NCBI GenBank assembly: GCA_951406725.2
Contig: OX597814.1
Location: 208,196,001-208,260,000 of the forward strand
Reading direction: 5' to 3'
DNA length: 64,000 bases
Source: Octopus vulgaris
Taxonomy: Eukaryota
The notes under the pieces are model-generated. The model was not told where the DNA came from. It did no database searches and was given only the letters and a program-made list of their open reading frames with translations. Positions 23,786 through 36,109 of this stretch are shown here, one piece after another; positions within the stretch are counted from its first letter, which is position 1, and each line of letters starts with the position of its first letter. The position numbers and the translations under genes were made by a program.

Positions 23786-23913
23786 ACATATTCTCAATAT
23801 AAAATAGTGCACATTTAAACACAAGAGAAAAATTACCTTTAACAGGTAATTACCTGTTAAAGGTAGTTTTTCTCTTGTGTTTAAATGTGCACTATTTTAT
23901 ATTGAGAATATGT
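23786..23913. repeat. 128-bp spacerless palindrome
   Basis: Centre ggtaa|ttacc at 23849/23850; 64-bp arms with one visible mismatch. Confidence 0.95.
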
Positions 23914-23915
23914 AT

Positions 23916-23956
<41 letters not shown>

Positions 23957-24189
23957 AATTTCAACCGTGTTTCGTGGTCTGCTACCACAACAGCTTCTCT
24001 ATAGGATCCAGTTAGCTCAAGACATCATCAGGAGGAACCACTAGGGGCCGAAACCGGACGGGGTTCCTCCTGATGATGCAGTGAATAAACTGTTGTCTAA
24101 ATTATGCAAAAATGAAAATAACACTGACATTTCATTTTAACAGATATATTTACCAAAATTACATAAAAATATTTTGAAATACTAAAGGG

Positions 24190-24600
24190 TAAATTTATTC
24201 AATAAAATCCCTGCCTTCAGTTCATCTTTGGTGTTACAAGGAGTTTTGTTGGTCTCTCGCTCAGCTGCACCCCACACATAATAATCAAAGAGGTTGCAGT
24301 TTGGGGAGTTAGGTCGCCAGATGTTAGGGGGGATGTGGTCACAGAAATTGTGTGACAGCCATGACTGGGTCCTTCTGCTTGTGTGACATGGTACAGAGTC
24401 TTGTTGCCAGACATAGGGTATGCTAGCAGCCACCCTCTTGAGCCAGGGCAGTACTACCTTCTCCAGGTACTTGATGTAGGCCTCCATGTTGAGTCTGAGG
24501 CCGTTGGGGAAGATGAATGGAGGCATAACGTCACCATCACTAGTGATCATTCCAAACACCATGATGTTCACTGGATGCTTGATTTTTGTCACTCTCGGTA
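24190..24600 (-). mobile_element. DD37D (maT-type) mariner transposase catalytic fragment
   Basis: KHPVNIMVFG...VWQQDSVPCH-...-PNSPNCNLFDYYVWG; 37 residues between 2nd and 3rd D. Confidence 0.85.
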
Positions 24601-24914
24601 CATGTCCTCAGTTTGCTGCACTACACAACATCTTTTGTCTTAGACATTTACACTGAATGAAATTTGGAGCCTTTATCTGCAAAAGTGAGGTGATGGGTCA
24701 ATTTTGAGATCTTGATGGGTTCAACCGACCCATTGTAAGGAGAAGGATTAGGAGGCTGAGAATGAGGATGATGACAACTACGATGGCTGTTGTGAATGGT
24801 TATAGAGGAATGTAGCAGTGAAAGTTGCTGGATTTTTATAGCGGGACATATTATCACACATCTTCCTATCTGGATGCAAATAAAAAAGAGAAAATCAAAT
24901 GAATAGCAACTGCA

Positions 24915-25290
24915 GACACCACCACCACCACCACCATCGCCACTACCACCACCATTGCCATCACCACCACCGTCACTACCACCACCACAACAACAATAAC
25001 AACAGCAACCACCACCACCACTACCACCATCGCCATCTACCTCCACCACCTCCACCACCACCACCACCACCACCCACCACCACCATCGCACCACCATCAC
25101 CACCACCACCACAACCACCACCACCACTACCACCATCGCCATCTACCACCACCACCACCACCACTACCACCATCGCCATCTACCTCCACCACCTCCACCA
25201 CCACCACCACCACCACCACCACCACCACCATCGCCATCTACCTCCACCACCTCCACCACCACCATTACCTACCACCACCACCACCACAAA
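24915..25290. repeat. (CAC)n-rich microsatellite with a recurring catcgccatctac interruption
   Basis: Visible directly. Confidence 0.9.
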
Positions 25291-25739
25291 CTTTATGTAG
25301 TACTGTTCAGTACAGTACATCAAGCAGACATTATCCTCCAATTTTGTGATCACATGAGAGTGAGCTGGAGAGGGGGGCAGGGATGGGGAAGGGGGGAGAA
25401 GAGACAAAAAGAAAAAAAAAAGAAACGAGGATGGTAAAAGTAAGAGAAAGGAAGGAAGGAAGAAAGGCTGAATGATGTGTGTGTGTGTGTGTGTACGTGT
25501 ACATGTGTGTGTGTGTGTGTGTTTATATCTATGTATACACACACACACACACACACGCATATATACAGTGGGGAGATAAAGAGAGAGAGAGAGAGAAGGA
25601 GGGATAGAGAGAGAACAAATTCAAAATTTATGTAGTTTTTTTTTTTCTGGTGGGGTGGGCGTGAGGGTAGTGTTTTTCTTTTTTTTTACTGGAGGATTTA
25701 AATGCATTAGAGATCATGTGGTTGCTGTAGAAGTGTCAC

Positions 25740-25770
25740 AAGTAGATGTGTGTCAGTGTGTTTTGTTTGT

Positions 25771-25801
<31 letters not shown>

Positions 25802-25865
25802 AAGTGTGTATGTGTCTGTGTGTGTGTGTATGTGTGTCTGTCTGTCTGTGTGTCTGTCTGTCTGT

Positions 25866-25904
<39 letters not shown>

Positions 25905-26220
25905 CGTGTGTGAATGCATGTGTGTCTGTGTGTGTTTGTGTATGTGTGTCTCTGTGTGTGTGTATGTGTGTCTGTCTGTCTGTGTGTGTGTGTGTGTATT
26001 GTGTGCGTGTGTGAACGCATGTGTGTCTGTGTGTGTGTGTATGTGTGTCTGTCTTTGTGTATGTGTGTGTGTTCGTGTGTATGTGTGTGTTTGTCTGTGT
26101 GAATGCATGTGTGTCTGTGTATGTGTGTCTGTCTGTCTGTGCGTGTTTGTGTATGTGTGTCTGTGAGTGTGTGTGTATTCGTGCGTATGTGTGTGTTTGT
26201 CCGTGTCTATGTGAGTGAGA
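25740..26220. repeat. Degenerate (TG)n tract
   Basis: Visible directly. Confidence 0.95.
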
Positions 26221-27259
26221 GAAATAAAGGGCATAGTTCTTAATGTGGTCTTTGAAGCATGTCTGTTGATAAGAAGTACAAAATGTTATTTACCAAATAT
26301 ATTTCAGTAATGTCAAATGAAGTCATTACTCAACAGACTCCAACATCTGGTCCAGAGATCTGCTCTCTCCTCCTCATTCTACCTTTTCTATTGTTTTTAC
26401 TATGGCCTCTGTCACTTAAAACTCACAAACCAGGAGCTACCTCCACTTAGGCCCAACCGATTCATTTGTTTCTCTCATTATCACCAATATTGTGCTTATT
26501 ACCCACTCCTAAGTTCCATACTAATCACTATACCCAAGTCCTCTCTGGTCATGTTTTATTCTGTAGTTATTGACCTGCTGTTGTTCAAGAACAGTACTTC
26601 TTAACCAGGGTCCATACAGTCCCTAAGGTTCCATATAAGATTTTTTGGGGGGTCCATACAGCAAAATAGTAAACTGGGCATCAACAATAGTATTTTAAAG
26701 GCCCCTGAAAAATTTTGCATTTTGATATACTCACATTTTTGCAGTCTGATCTGGCAGTGTTTCTACAGCTGGATGCCCTTCCTAACGCCAACCACTCCGT
26801 GAGTGTAGTGGGTGCTTTTTACGTGCCACCTGCACAGGTGCCAGGCGAGGCTGGCAACAGCCACGATCGGATTGGTGCTTTTTACGTGCCACCGGCACGG
26901 AAGCCAGTCAAGGCGGCGCTGGCATCGGCCACGATTCGGATGGTGCTTTTTTACGTGCCAGAGTATAATTTTGTAACATAGTTCATGCTTTCACTAACTG
27001 TTTTAGATGTGGTAGCATGTAGACATAGTCACTCTCTCTGCTCCCTCACTTTTGAGTCAGTGCAACACCTAGATGGGAGCTGGCAGGAGAGAAGGCTGCA
27101 CCAGCACCCATCTGGTACTCATTGCAGGTGAGTAGACTGGAATAATGTGAAATGAAAGGCCTTGTTCAAGAACACAAAATTATTTCTGTCCCAGGAATTG
27201 AACCTACAATCTGATGATCATGAACCAAACACCCCAACTACTAAGCCATACAGTTTCAC

Positions 27260-27735
27260 TGAAGAAGAAGAAGAAGAAGAAGAAGAAGAAGAAGAAGAAG
27301 AAGAAGAAGAAGGAAGAAGAAGAAGAAGAAGAAGAAGAAGAAGAAGAAGAAGAAGAAGAAGAAGAAGAAGAAGAAGAAGAGAAGAAGAAGAAGGAGGAGG
27401 AGGATGGGGAGGGGGAGAAGAAGAAGAAGAAGAAGAAGAAGAAGAAGAAGAAGGAGGAGGAGGAGGAGAAGAAGAAGAAGAAAAGAAGGAGGAGGAGGAG
27501 AAGAAGAAGAAGAAGAAGAAGGAGGAGGAGGAGGAGGAGAAGAAGAAGAAGAAAAGAAGGAGGAGGAGGAGAAGAAGAAGAAGAAGAAGAAGAAGAGGAG
27601 AAGAAGGAGAAGAAGAAGAAGAAGAAGAGAAGAAGAAGAAGAAGAAGAAGGAGAAGAAGAAGAAGAAGAAAAGAAGAAAAAGAAGAAGGAGGAGGAGGAG
27701 AAGAAGAAGAAGGAGAAGAAGAAGAAGGAGAAGGG
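27260..27735. repeat. (GAA/GGA)n polypurine tract
   Basis: ~475 bp almost purely purine. Confidence 0.95.
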
Positions 27736-28469
27736 CAAGGTAATGTTAATGGATGCTTATTGGTTTCAATGAATTTTATTCCAGTTGTTCAATCAGCTGA
27801 ACTATTTACCCCAATAAATTATGTCTATTTAGTTAATTATACTGCAGACATGTATGTTTATTTTTAGTGTAATTCTCAGTCTATCCAATGAGCTTCCTCA
27901 CAGTTTCTGTCCACCCAGTTTCACGCTAAGGATTAGGTTGACCCAAGCCTATAGTGCAAAACGTTTACCCAATTTACCACACAACAGAATCCACTTCATG
28001 ACTATTAAGCATCGTTATCACATCATTAAGCATTATAATCACACCTTAAATGCTCGTTTCCATTAATAATGAATTATTGTTTAGATAACATTACATATCA
28101 TAGTCATGTTTTGTTCCTGCTTTATTTTATACTAGCTAGCCCTGTGCTGTCAAAAATACTAACTAACTGTAGTATTCTGTATATAGATATGGATGGTAAA
28201 TCAAATTAATACACTTGTCAATGTTATCTAGTGGTTGTCTTTTGTGATGTGATATCGATCATTGTTACTCAAAGAACACTGGTTCACACATAAACGTTCA
28301 CATACTTCCCTTGTACACGCACACACACATACACAAATACACTCACACAGAGTTGAAACGCTGTTTGATTTTTCTTTTCAGCACTGAATGGTCACCATCC
28401 CACTTCCATTACCCCCCACACACACACACACACAAATATTTACATACCTCCCTATCTTGCCCAGGATAT

Positions 28470-29005
28470 TAATCGTCTGGAAGCCGTTCAGCGACGTGCA
28501 ACCAAGAGAATACCCTCCATCAGGCATCTGCCATATTCTGGACGCCTTACTTCCCTGGGCATGGACACATTGAAACTCTGATGTCTAGCAGCTGACTTGG
28601 CAGACACCCATAAAATTATTAACCATCTTACAAACAATAACTCTGAGCACCTTTTCAAACTCCACCCGTCTAACACCCGTGGACATGTTTACAAAGTCAG
28701 AAAACAGCACAGCTCCCATGACTTTCGGAAACATTTTTTCATGCTAAGAGTTGCTGAAGCATGGAACAAACTGCCGGTATCAGTTGTTAGTTGTCGGAGC
28801 ACTGCATCCTTCAAAACTTCCATGCTTCCTGAGATTCGCCAACACTACACCTGATTTTCTCCCCTCCATACACACGCAAGCATGTATCTGACTCATACAC
28901 TGTTTGCTTTCCAGACATTTGTACATTACTGCATATGCTTTATACGCACTTTTTGACAAGTTGTGGTGCACCTGAGCACTGTATACAATAATTTCATTAT
29001 TATTT
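28470..29005 (+). mobile_element. CR1-group LINE 3' fragment
   Basis: [11 protein letters not shown]...NTRGH...[16 protein letters not shown]; 3' UTR ending gcacctgagcactgtatacaataatttcattatt. Confidence 0.88.
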
Positions 29006-29027
29006 ACAATATACTCACACAGAGTAT

Positions 29028-29420
29028 AGGCGCATGAGTGGCTGTGTGGTAAGTAGCTTGCTAACCAACCACATGGTTCCGGGTTCAGTCCCACTGCGTG
29101 GCATCTTGGGCAAGTGTCTTCTGCTATAGTCCCGGGCCGACCAATGCCTTGTGAGTGGATTTGGTAGACGGAAACTGAAAGAAGCCTGTTGTATATATGT
29201 ATATATATATATATGTGTGTGTGTGTTTGTCCCCCTAGCATTGCTTGACAACTGATGCTGGTGTGTTTACGTCCCCGTCACTTAGCGGTTCGGCAAGAGA
29301 GGCCGATAGAATAAGTACTGGGCTTACAAAGAATAAGTCCCGGGGTCGATTTGCTTGACTAAAGGCGGTGCTCCAGCATGGCTGCAGTAAAATGACTGAA
29401 ACAAGTAAAAGAGAGTAAAA
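29028..29420 (+). mobile_element. SINE A
   Basis: Match to family A. Confidence 0.9.
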
Positions 29421-29777
29421 ATGCTCCCCACTGTCAGTTTGCCATCACCCCTTCCTTTCTCATTCATATGGTGTGACGGAGAAAAACACGAGTATTATTA
29501 TAGTAGTAAAATGGCATCAAGGTAGCAAGCTGGTAGAATCATAAGCATGGACAAAATGTTTAGCAGCAAAGCATTTCTTCCAGCTTAACGTTCTGAGTTC
29601 AAACTCCACCAAGGTTGGCTTTGCTTTGCTTTGCTTTTCACCCTTTCGGAGCCTATAAAATAAGTACCAGTCACCTCACCAAGAATTCAGACCTTGAAAG
29701 GATTGTATATAGTATATATATATATACTAGTATATATAGTATATATATATATATATATATATATAGTATATATATAT

Positions 29778-30090
29778 CATCATCATCATCATCATCATCA
29801 TTTAGCGTCCGTTTTCCATGCTAGCATGGGTTGGACGGTTCAACTGGGGTCTGTGAAGCCGGATGGCTTCATCAGGCCCAGTCAGATCTGGCAGTGTTTC
29901 TACGGCTGGATGCCCTTCCTAACGCCAACCACTCCGTGAGTGTAGTGGGTGCTTTTTACGTGCCACCTGCACAGGTGCCAGACAGAGCTGGCAAACGGCC
30001 ATGAACGGATGGTGCTTTTACGTGCCAGGCGAGGCTGGCAACGGACACGAACGGATGGTGCTTTTACGTGACACCAGCATGGGGGCCACT
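29778..30090 (-). mobile_element. Family B copy
   Basis: Match to B; flanking repeat gaaaggattgtatatagt at ~29696 and ~30103 (likely TSD). Confidence 0.85.
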
Positions 30091-30272
30091 ATATATATAC
30101 TAGAAAGGATTGTATATAGTGACCCATTATTAGAATGGTGGATTCACAGAATTGTTAAAGTGTCGGAAAAAATGGCTCTTCCGCATATTTACTGATTCTT
30201 TACATTCTGATTATAAACCCTGCCAAGAATCAGTTTTTGCTTTTCTTCCTTTCGAGAGTTGATAAAATGAAC

Positions 30273-30310
30273 GGATCTTTTCCTTTTCGTCCATCAAAAG
30301 GAAAAGATCC
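30273..30310. mobile_element. 38-bp TIR-only element (Merlin-like termini)
   Basis: ggatcttttcctttt..aaaaggaaaagatcc with perfect 8-bp TSD aaatgaac (30265-30272, 30311-30318), inside an old SINE D. Confidence 0.8.
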
Positions 30311-30999
30311 AAATGAACTACCAATCAATTACTGGATTTGATGTAATTGACTGATTCCCCTTCTTTCAAAAATGCTGGCCTTGTGCATAAATGGGAAACT
30401 ATTAGTGTCCCATATATTATGTAGTTGTCATCCTCCACCTTCTCCTCCTACTACTCCTCCTTTTGTTCTTGCCTTCTTTGTATATTGTCTTTCAACTTGC
30501 CTCTCTTCCATTCTCTTTTACTTCCTCTTTTTCTCTTCCTTTCTCTTATTCTTTACACACAAGCACCAATTAACATCGGTTTTTTCCCATTTAACTTTCA
30601 CACAGACACACACATACACACACACACACACAAACATTCATATACCTCCCTTTTACATATACTCACACAAAGTTAAAACGCTCCCAGTTACATAGATACT
30701 TGCGCCAACAAAAAAACACCAAGCTTCAGGATTTTCCCCCTCTACCAATTTAGGGACGATACAACCTCGAGACAACGAATAAGTAAAGAAACTCTCTTTA
30801 TTACAAAATACAGGCCACTTCTTAACGGGTCTACGACAAACGATTAATATACCTCAACTTTAGAATAATAGAAATATACACACACAAATATTACATTCCA
30901 AAGAATCCATTACTAATCAGCCCCCAATCACAGCTATACTCCATAACATGCCAACTTCAAGTCATACAACACCTCACTACTTTCACCCATTCATATTCT

Positions 31000-31240
31000 C
31001 CCTTCTCTGTTTTTTTCTTCTTCTTCCTCTTCTTCTTCATCATCATCATTATCATCATCGTCGTCATCATCATCACCACCATCATCATCATCATCATCTT
31101 CTCCTTCTCCTTCTTCTTCTTCTTCATCATCATCATCATCGTCATCTTCTTCTTCTTCTTCTTCTTCTTCTTCTTCTTCTTCTTCTTCTTCTTCTTCTTC
31201 TTCTTCTTCTTCTTCTGCTTCTTCTTCTTCTACTTCTCCA
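31000..31240. repeat. (CAT)n/(CTT)n microsatellite
   Basis: Visible directly. Confidence 0.9.
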
Positions 31241-31561
31241 CCTTCTACCCCTTAACTTTGTCACTAATGTTTTTTAGTATAACACCTACGCAAATTCCAT
31301 AAACAAGCCTTTCAATAGAAATATTCTCCTGCAACTGCTAGCCGCCACTGACCATTCAAAATACGACCATCAGGGCACTCCCAGATTTTCCCACCCCCTT
31401 TCCTCATCAGCCTTCTTCTTCTTCTACCCTACCAAGAACTCACAACGACTCCAACACACAAGTGCAAACAAGGGAGTCAGAGAAAGGAGAATGCCACTTA
31501 TATCTGAACACTACTATAGACATATTCCCAAAAAACTTTTCAATAAATTTAATTATTTAAT

Positions 31562-31632
31562 CGTTACATACATACATATATACAAATACATACATACATA
31601 CATTTTTACATACATACATACTCGTGTGTACT

Positions 31633-31664
<32 letters not shown>

Positions 31665-32109
31665 CATACATATATACATACATACATGCATACATACATA
31701 CATACATATTCATATTCTTTTATTTTTACATACATACTTACATACATGCATACATACATACATACAAACATACATACATACATACTTACATACATACATA
31801 TATACATACATGCTTACATACATACATACATACTTACATACATGCATACATACATACATACAAACATACATATCCACATACATACTTACATACATACATA
31901 TATACATACATGCTTACATACATACATACATACATATATACATACATACATACATACATACATACATACATACTTACATACATACATGCATACATACATA
32001 CATACATACATACATACATACATACATACATACATACTTACATACATGCATACATACATACATACATACATACATACATACATACATACATACATACATA
32101 CATACATAC

Positions 32110-32140
<31 letters not shown>

Positions 32141-32146
32141 CATACA

Positions 32147-32180
<34 letters not shown>

Positions 32181-32192
32181 CATACATACATA
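31562..32192. repeat. (TACA)n microsatellite
   Basis: Visible directly. Confidence 0.95.
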
Positions 32193-32308
32193 TGAGGTTC
32201 AGCTAAGGCGTTGGAATAGTCAAACACCCCTCACGGGCGTCACCTGACGCCTCGGTAAGACGAGCCGTCAACGATCCCAAAAATTTCGCCGTTACGTCAC
32301 ATTATACA

Positions 32309-32881
32309 TCTCTCTATATATAAAGCTGAAGTTGTCTGTGCGTGGCAGGTTTGGTAGTCTTCAACTAACACTATCTCCTCCGAGACCCTGCGGCGCAAAT
32401 TGACCAAAACTGAGAGTATGATAGAAGAAGGCTTGCTCTTCCTTCCGTAGAAGAAAAAAATTCAAATCGGACCATGTTATACATCAAAAAGGTGCTTTTT
32501 TGTCTCTGAAAATCCCTATGGGCGATCTTTCGTCTCTAGTAGACCTTTCCGTCGATTTCCGTAAAAAACTTCTTTTTTTTTTTACATATGGGCTTGCGGG
32601 AACACACACACACACACATACATCAATGCTCCCATGCACGGTAACTTCAAAAGAACTTCCCTCGTCATACAATCGCTTTCTCTTAGTCTCTTTCGCTCTC
32701 ATTACTTCAAAAGTTCCCGCCAGCCCATATGTACGGAAATTGACGGAAAGGTCTACTAGAGACGAAAGATTGCCTCCCTATGTTTTACGATTGCTACATA
32801 ATGCAAAATTTTTTACTTTTCAAATATTCCAATTCTAAAGGGTCGAAACAAACCCGAGCAACGCCGGGCGATAATTGCTAG
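32309..32881 (+). mobile_element. Non-autonomous Helitron containing a MITE
   Basis: a|TC start, cccgagcaacgccggg hairpin, CTAG|t end. Confidence 0.88.
32521..32774. mobile_element. Merlin-like MITE
   Basis: ~43-bp TIRs ggcgatctttcgtctctagtagacctttccgtc; 8-bp TSD tccctatg; site is empty in the 5398 and 34861 Helitron copies. Confidence 0.88.
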
Positions 32882-33313
32882 TATATTATTAATAAATTTA
32901 AATAAATAGTTTAAAACCAGTAACACGAAACAAAGGCTGTGCGTTTAAGATACTGATGGTGTTAGCTGTGGTGATAGTAATAGTAAAATTCAGATGCTGG
33001 TGGCTGATTGTTATTGGGCTGGTATTGTAGTTAAGTACTTGTAGCGTGGTTGACTGCGGCGGCGGTGATGGTGGTGGTGGTGGCGGCGGTGATGGTGGTG
33101 GTGGTGGCGGCGGTGTGAGATTAATATACTGGTAGTGGTATTTTGGTTGAAGTATAGATGGTGGTGATGCGGTGGTACTGAGATTAAGTTGTTTATTTCA
33201 GCGCTATGTCAGGTCAGAACAAGCAGAGTTAGGGATCAAAGGCATTCCGGCCGTGACCATCCTATTTTTGTTATATGCAGATAACACAAGACTAATTATT
33301 CAATGTGCCATTT

Positions 33314-33382
33314 GGATCTTTTCGGTTTGATGGACGGAATTTTCTAGTTAACTAAACAATTTGAAACAAACCGAAAAGATCC
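33314..33382. mobile_element. 69-bp Merlin-like mini-element
   Basis: TIR ggatcttttcggtttg / caaaccgaaaagatcc; perfect TSD tgccattt. Confidence 0.85.
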
Positions 33383-33639
33383 TGCCATTTTCTTATTCTA
33401 AGACAGTAGGGTGTGATTTCAGGGAGAGTTGGCTGCTATTTCTAGCAGGTCGAACGAAAATGTATGAAAGTTCTCAATAGTAGTGAAGTTAAAGTATTGA
33501 TGGTGGTGGTGGTGGTGGTGGTAGGTTATACTATTAGTAGTTGAAGAGGTAGTAGTAGTAGTAGGAGAGATTAAAGTTTCATATGAGTGTACTTGTGGTA
33601 GGCGGTGATAAGAGGTAGGGTGAGGTTAAAATATTGGTT

Positions 33640-34022
33640 TCGAATTTTAGCACAAGACCAATAATTTCGTGTGTGTGGGGGGGTTCTACATCGACCCTAG
33701 TTCTCAACTGGTACTTATTTTATTGAATAAGTTCGAATTCCGCCGAGGTCGACTTTGCCTTTCATCCTTTCGGGGTCGATGAATTAAGTACCAGTTACGC
33801 ACTGGAGTCGATGTAATCGACTTAATACCTATGTCTGTCCTTCTTTGTCCCCTCTGTGTTTAGCCCCTTGTGGGTAATAAAGAAATAGGTACTTATTTTA
33901 TTGACCCCGAAAGGATGAAAGGCAAAGTTGATCCCAGCAGAATTTGAACTCAGAACGTAATGGCGGACGAAATGCCACTAAGCATTTGAACCACCGTGCT
34001 AACAATTCTGCCAGCTTGCTGC
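33640..34022. mobile_element. 5'-truncated SINE D (+, 33727-33887) nested in an antisense SINE D
   Basis: 17-bp TSD ggtacttattttattga at 33710-33726 and 33888-33904. Confidence 0.85.
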
Positions 34023-34408
34023 CCAATATATTAGTTGTGGTGATGAGGAAAATAAGATCTGGCTGCTATTTCTAACAGGCTGAGAGACCTCATAGGAAAA
34101 AGAGGTTGCAATGCAGTGGAAGGTGGCAGCAGTGATAGTAAAAAGTTCAGTAACTGGTTTTAGCAGTGGTTAAGACAGTGATGATGATGGTGGTGAAGTT
34201 AAGCTATTGTTGGTAGTGTGTGATGGTTTGTTGTGGTGGTGGTGGTGTTGATGGCGAAGTTAAGCTTCTGGTAAACATGTGATTTAAATAGATGAAGGAG
34301 TGTCAATTAAAATGTGTCATATGCTGACAGCGGAAGACAAGGGAAAAGATGTGAGGAAACTAAATTTTAAAACGGTCAACTTCACTAGTGTTATCATACA
34401 TGACCAAG

Positions 34409-35820
34409 TTAACCCTTTCAGCATTCAGGTTACTGTCAAATGTAATGCTTATTTAGGACCTTTTCTTTTTGAAGGCCAGATTTTCCTAGTTAACTAAACA
34501 ATTTGAAACTTCGTATACTGGTAGAATGTGTCAAAAAGAAAACATTATTGTAAACAAAATTGAAAACAAAATTGTAATTCGTAACTTAAACGTAGTTTAA
34601 TTTTAAGAATTTTAACCAATGAAATCGCAGCATTCGAGCTTAAATTATTTACCTCTTCTTCTGTCTTCTACATGTGCTAGAAATAACAGCTATATCTCTT
34701 AAATCGATTAATTTCGTTGCCCAATAAAAATATTAACGATATTTTTTGAATATCCCTTATGTATTCACATTAAAAATAATAATAATAATAATAATAATGA
34801 AATTATTGTATACAGTGCTCAGGTGCACCACAACTTGTCAGAAAGTGCGTATAGAGTATACTAGCAGTATCGCCTGGCATTGCTAGGGTTTGTTTCGACC
34901 CTTTAGAAATGGAATTTTTGAAAAGTAAAAATTTTGCATTATGTAGCTTGTTATTCTCTTTAGGTGAACATTTTTCTGATTGAAATACACCGAAAAATGG
35001 CAACACAGCAGTCAAAAAATCATAAAAAATAGGGACTTTCATAGAAAAAAAAGCACTTTTTTGATGTAAATAACTTTTGGTGTTAACATGGTCTGATTTG
35101 ATTTTTTTTCTTCTGCAGAAGGTAGAGCAAGCCTTCTATCATACTTTCAATTTTGGTCAACTTGTGCCGCAGGGTCTAGAAGGAGATAGTGTTAGTTGAA
35201 GGCTACCAAACCTGCTATACACAGACAACTTCAGCTTTATATATAGAGATGCAGTAATGTACAAATGTCTGGAAAGCAAACAGTGTATGAATCAGATACA
35301 TGATTGTGTGTTTATGGAGGGGAGAAAATCAGGTGTAGTGTTGGCGAATCTCAGAAAGCATGGAAGTTTTGAAGGATGCAGCGCTCCGACAACTAACAAC
35401 TGATGCTGGCAGTTTGTTCCATGCTTCAGCAACTCTTAGCGTGAAAAAATGTTTCCGAAAGTCATGGAAGGAGCTGTGCTGTTTTCTGACTTTGTAAACA
35501 TGTCCACGGATGTTAGACGGGTGGAGTTTGAAAAGGTACTCAGAGTTATTGTTTGTAAGATGGTTGATAATTTTATGGGTGTCTGCCAAGTCAGCTGCCA
35601 GACATCGGAGTTTCAATGTGTCCATGCCCAGGGAAGTAAGGCGTTCAGATTATGGCATTGTTTGTTACTAATCATACATTATCTTATAGTGTCAAGGTTT
35701 TGATTAAGTGGTTTGCTATATTTACAATGACACTATAGGGTAGTTGTGAGAGGCCAGTCTGGTCATAAAACAGGAAGAATACTTTGGCTGGATATGGTTG
35801 GTTTAAAAGCTAAAGGGTCA
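34409..35820 (+). mobile_element. piggyBac-like MITE (TTAA-CCC...GGG) split by nested insertions
   Basis: ttaaccctttcagcatt ... aagctaaagggtcaa; pieces match 47357-47550. Confidence 0.65.
34775..35655 (-). mobile_element. CR1-group 3' fragment interrupted by a non-autonomous Helitron (34861-35249, minus)
   Basis: CR1 C-terminal peptide; Helitron sits at A|T in the UTR with no TSD; site is empty in the 28470 copy. Confidence 0.87.
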
Positions 35821-36109
35821 AGTAATATGCTTAGGAGTAAAGCCCTTCTAAAATCCATGAATTTTAGATAAGCTTTATAATAATGATGGACACTCCTGTT
35901 GATTCTGATAATTGAGTGTCTGAAGAGGAGGATTTAGAAAAAGCGAAAGGAAAAAGAAAAAAAAACAACTTTAAAAATAAAAGGAAGCTGCTTCCATTTG
36001 TGATGGATGTGTGAATGTAATTTGAGTCTGAGTCTAAGTATGGATTTTGCTATGAAATCACAATGGGGACGATGATGATTTTGATTTTGTGTGGGTTTGA
36101 GCAAATGTA

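Noticed and set aside
28131-29510. Additional minus-strand Helitron enclosing the CR1 fragment and SINE A
   Set aside because: CTAG present but hairpin and TC start unconvincing; no second copy in the window
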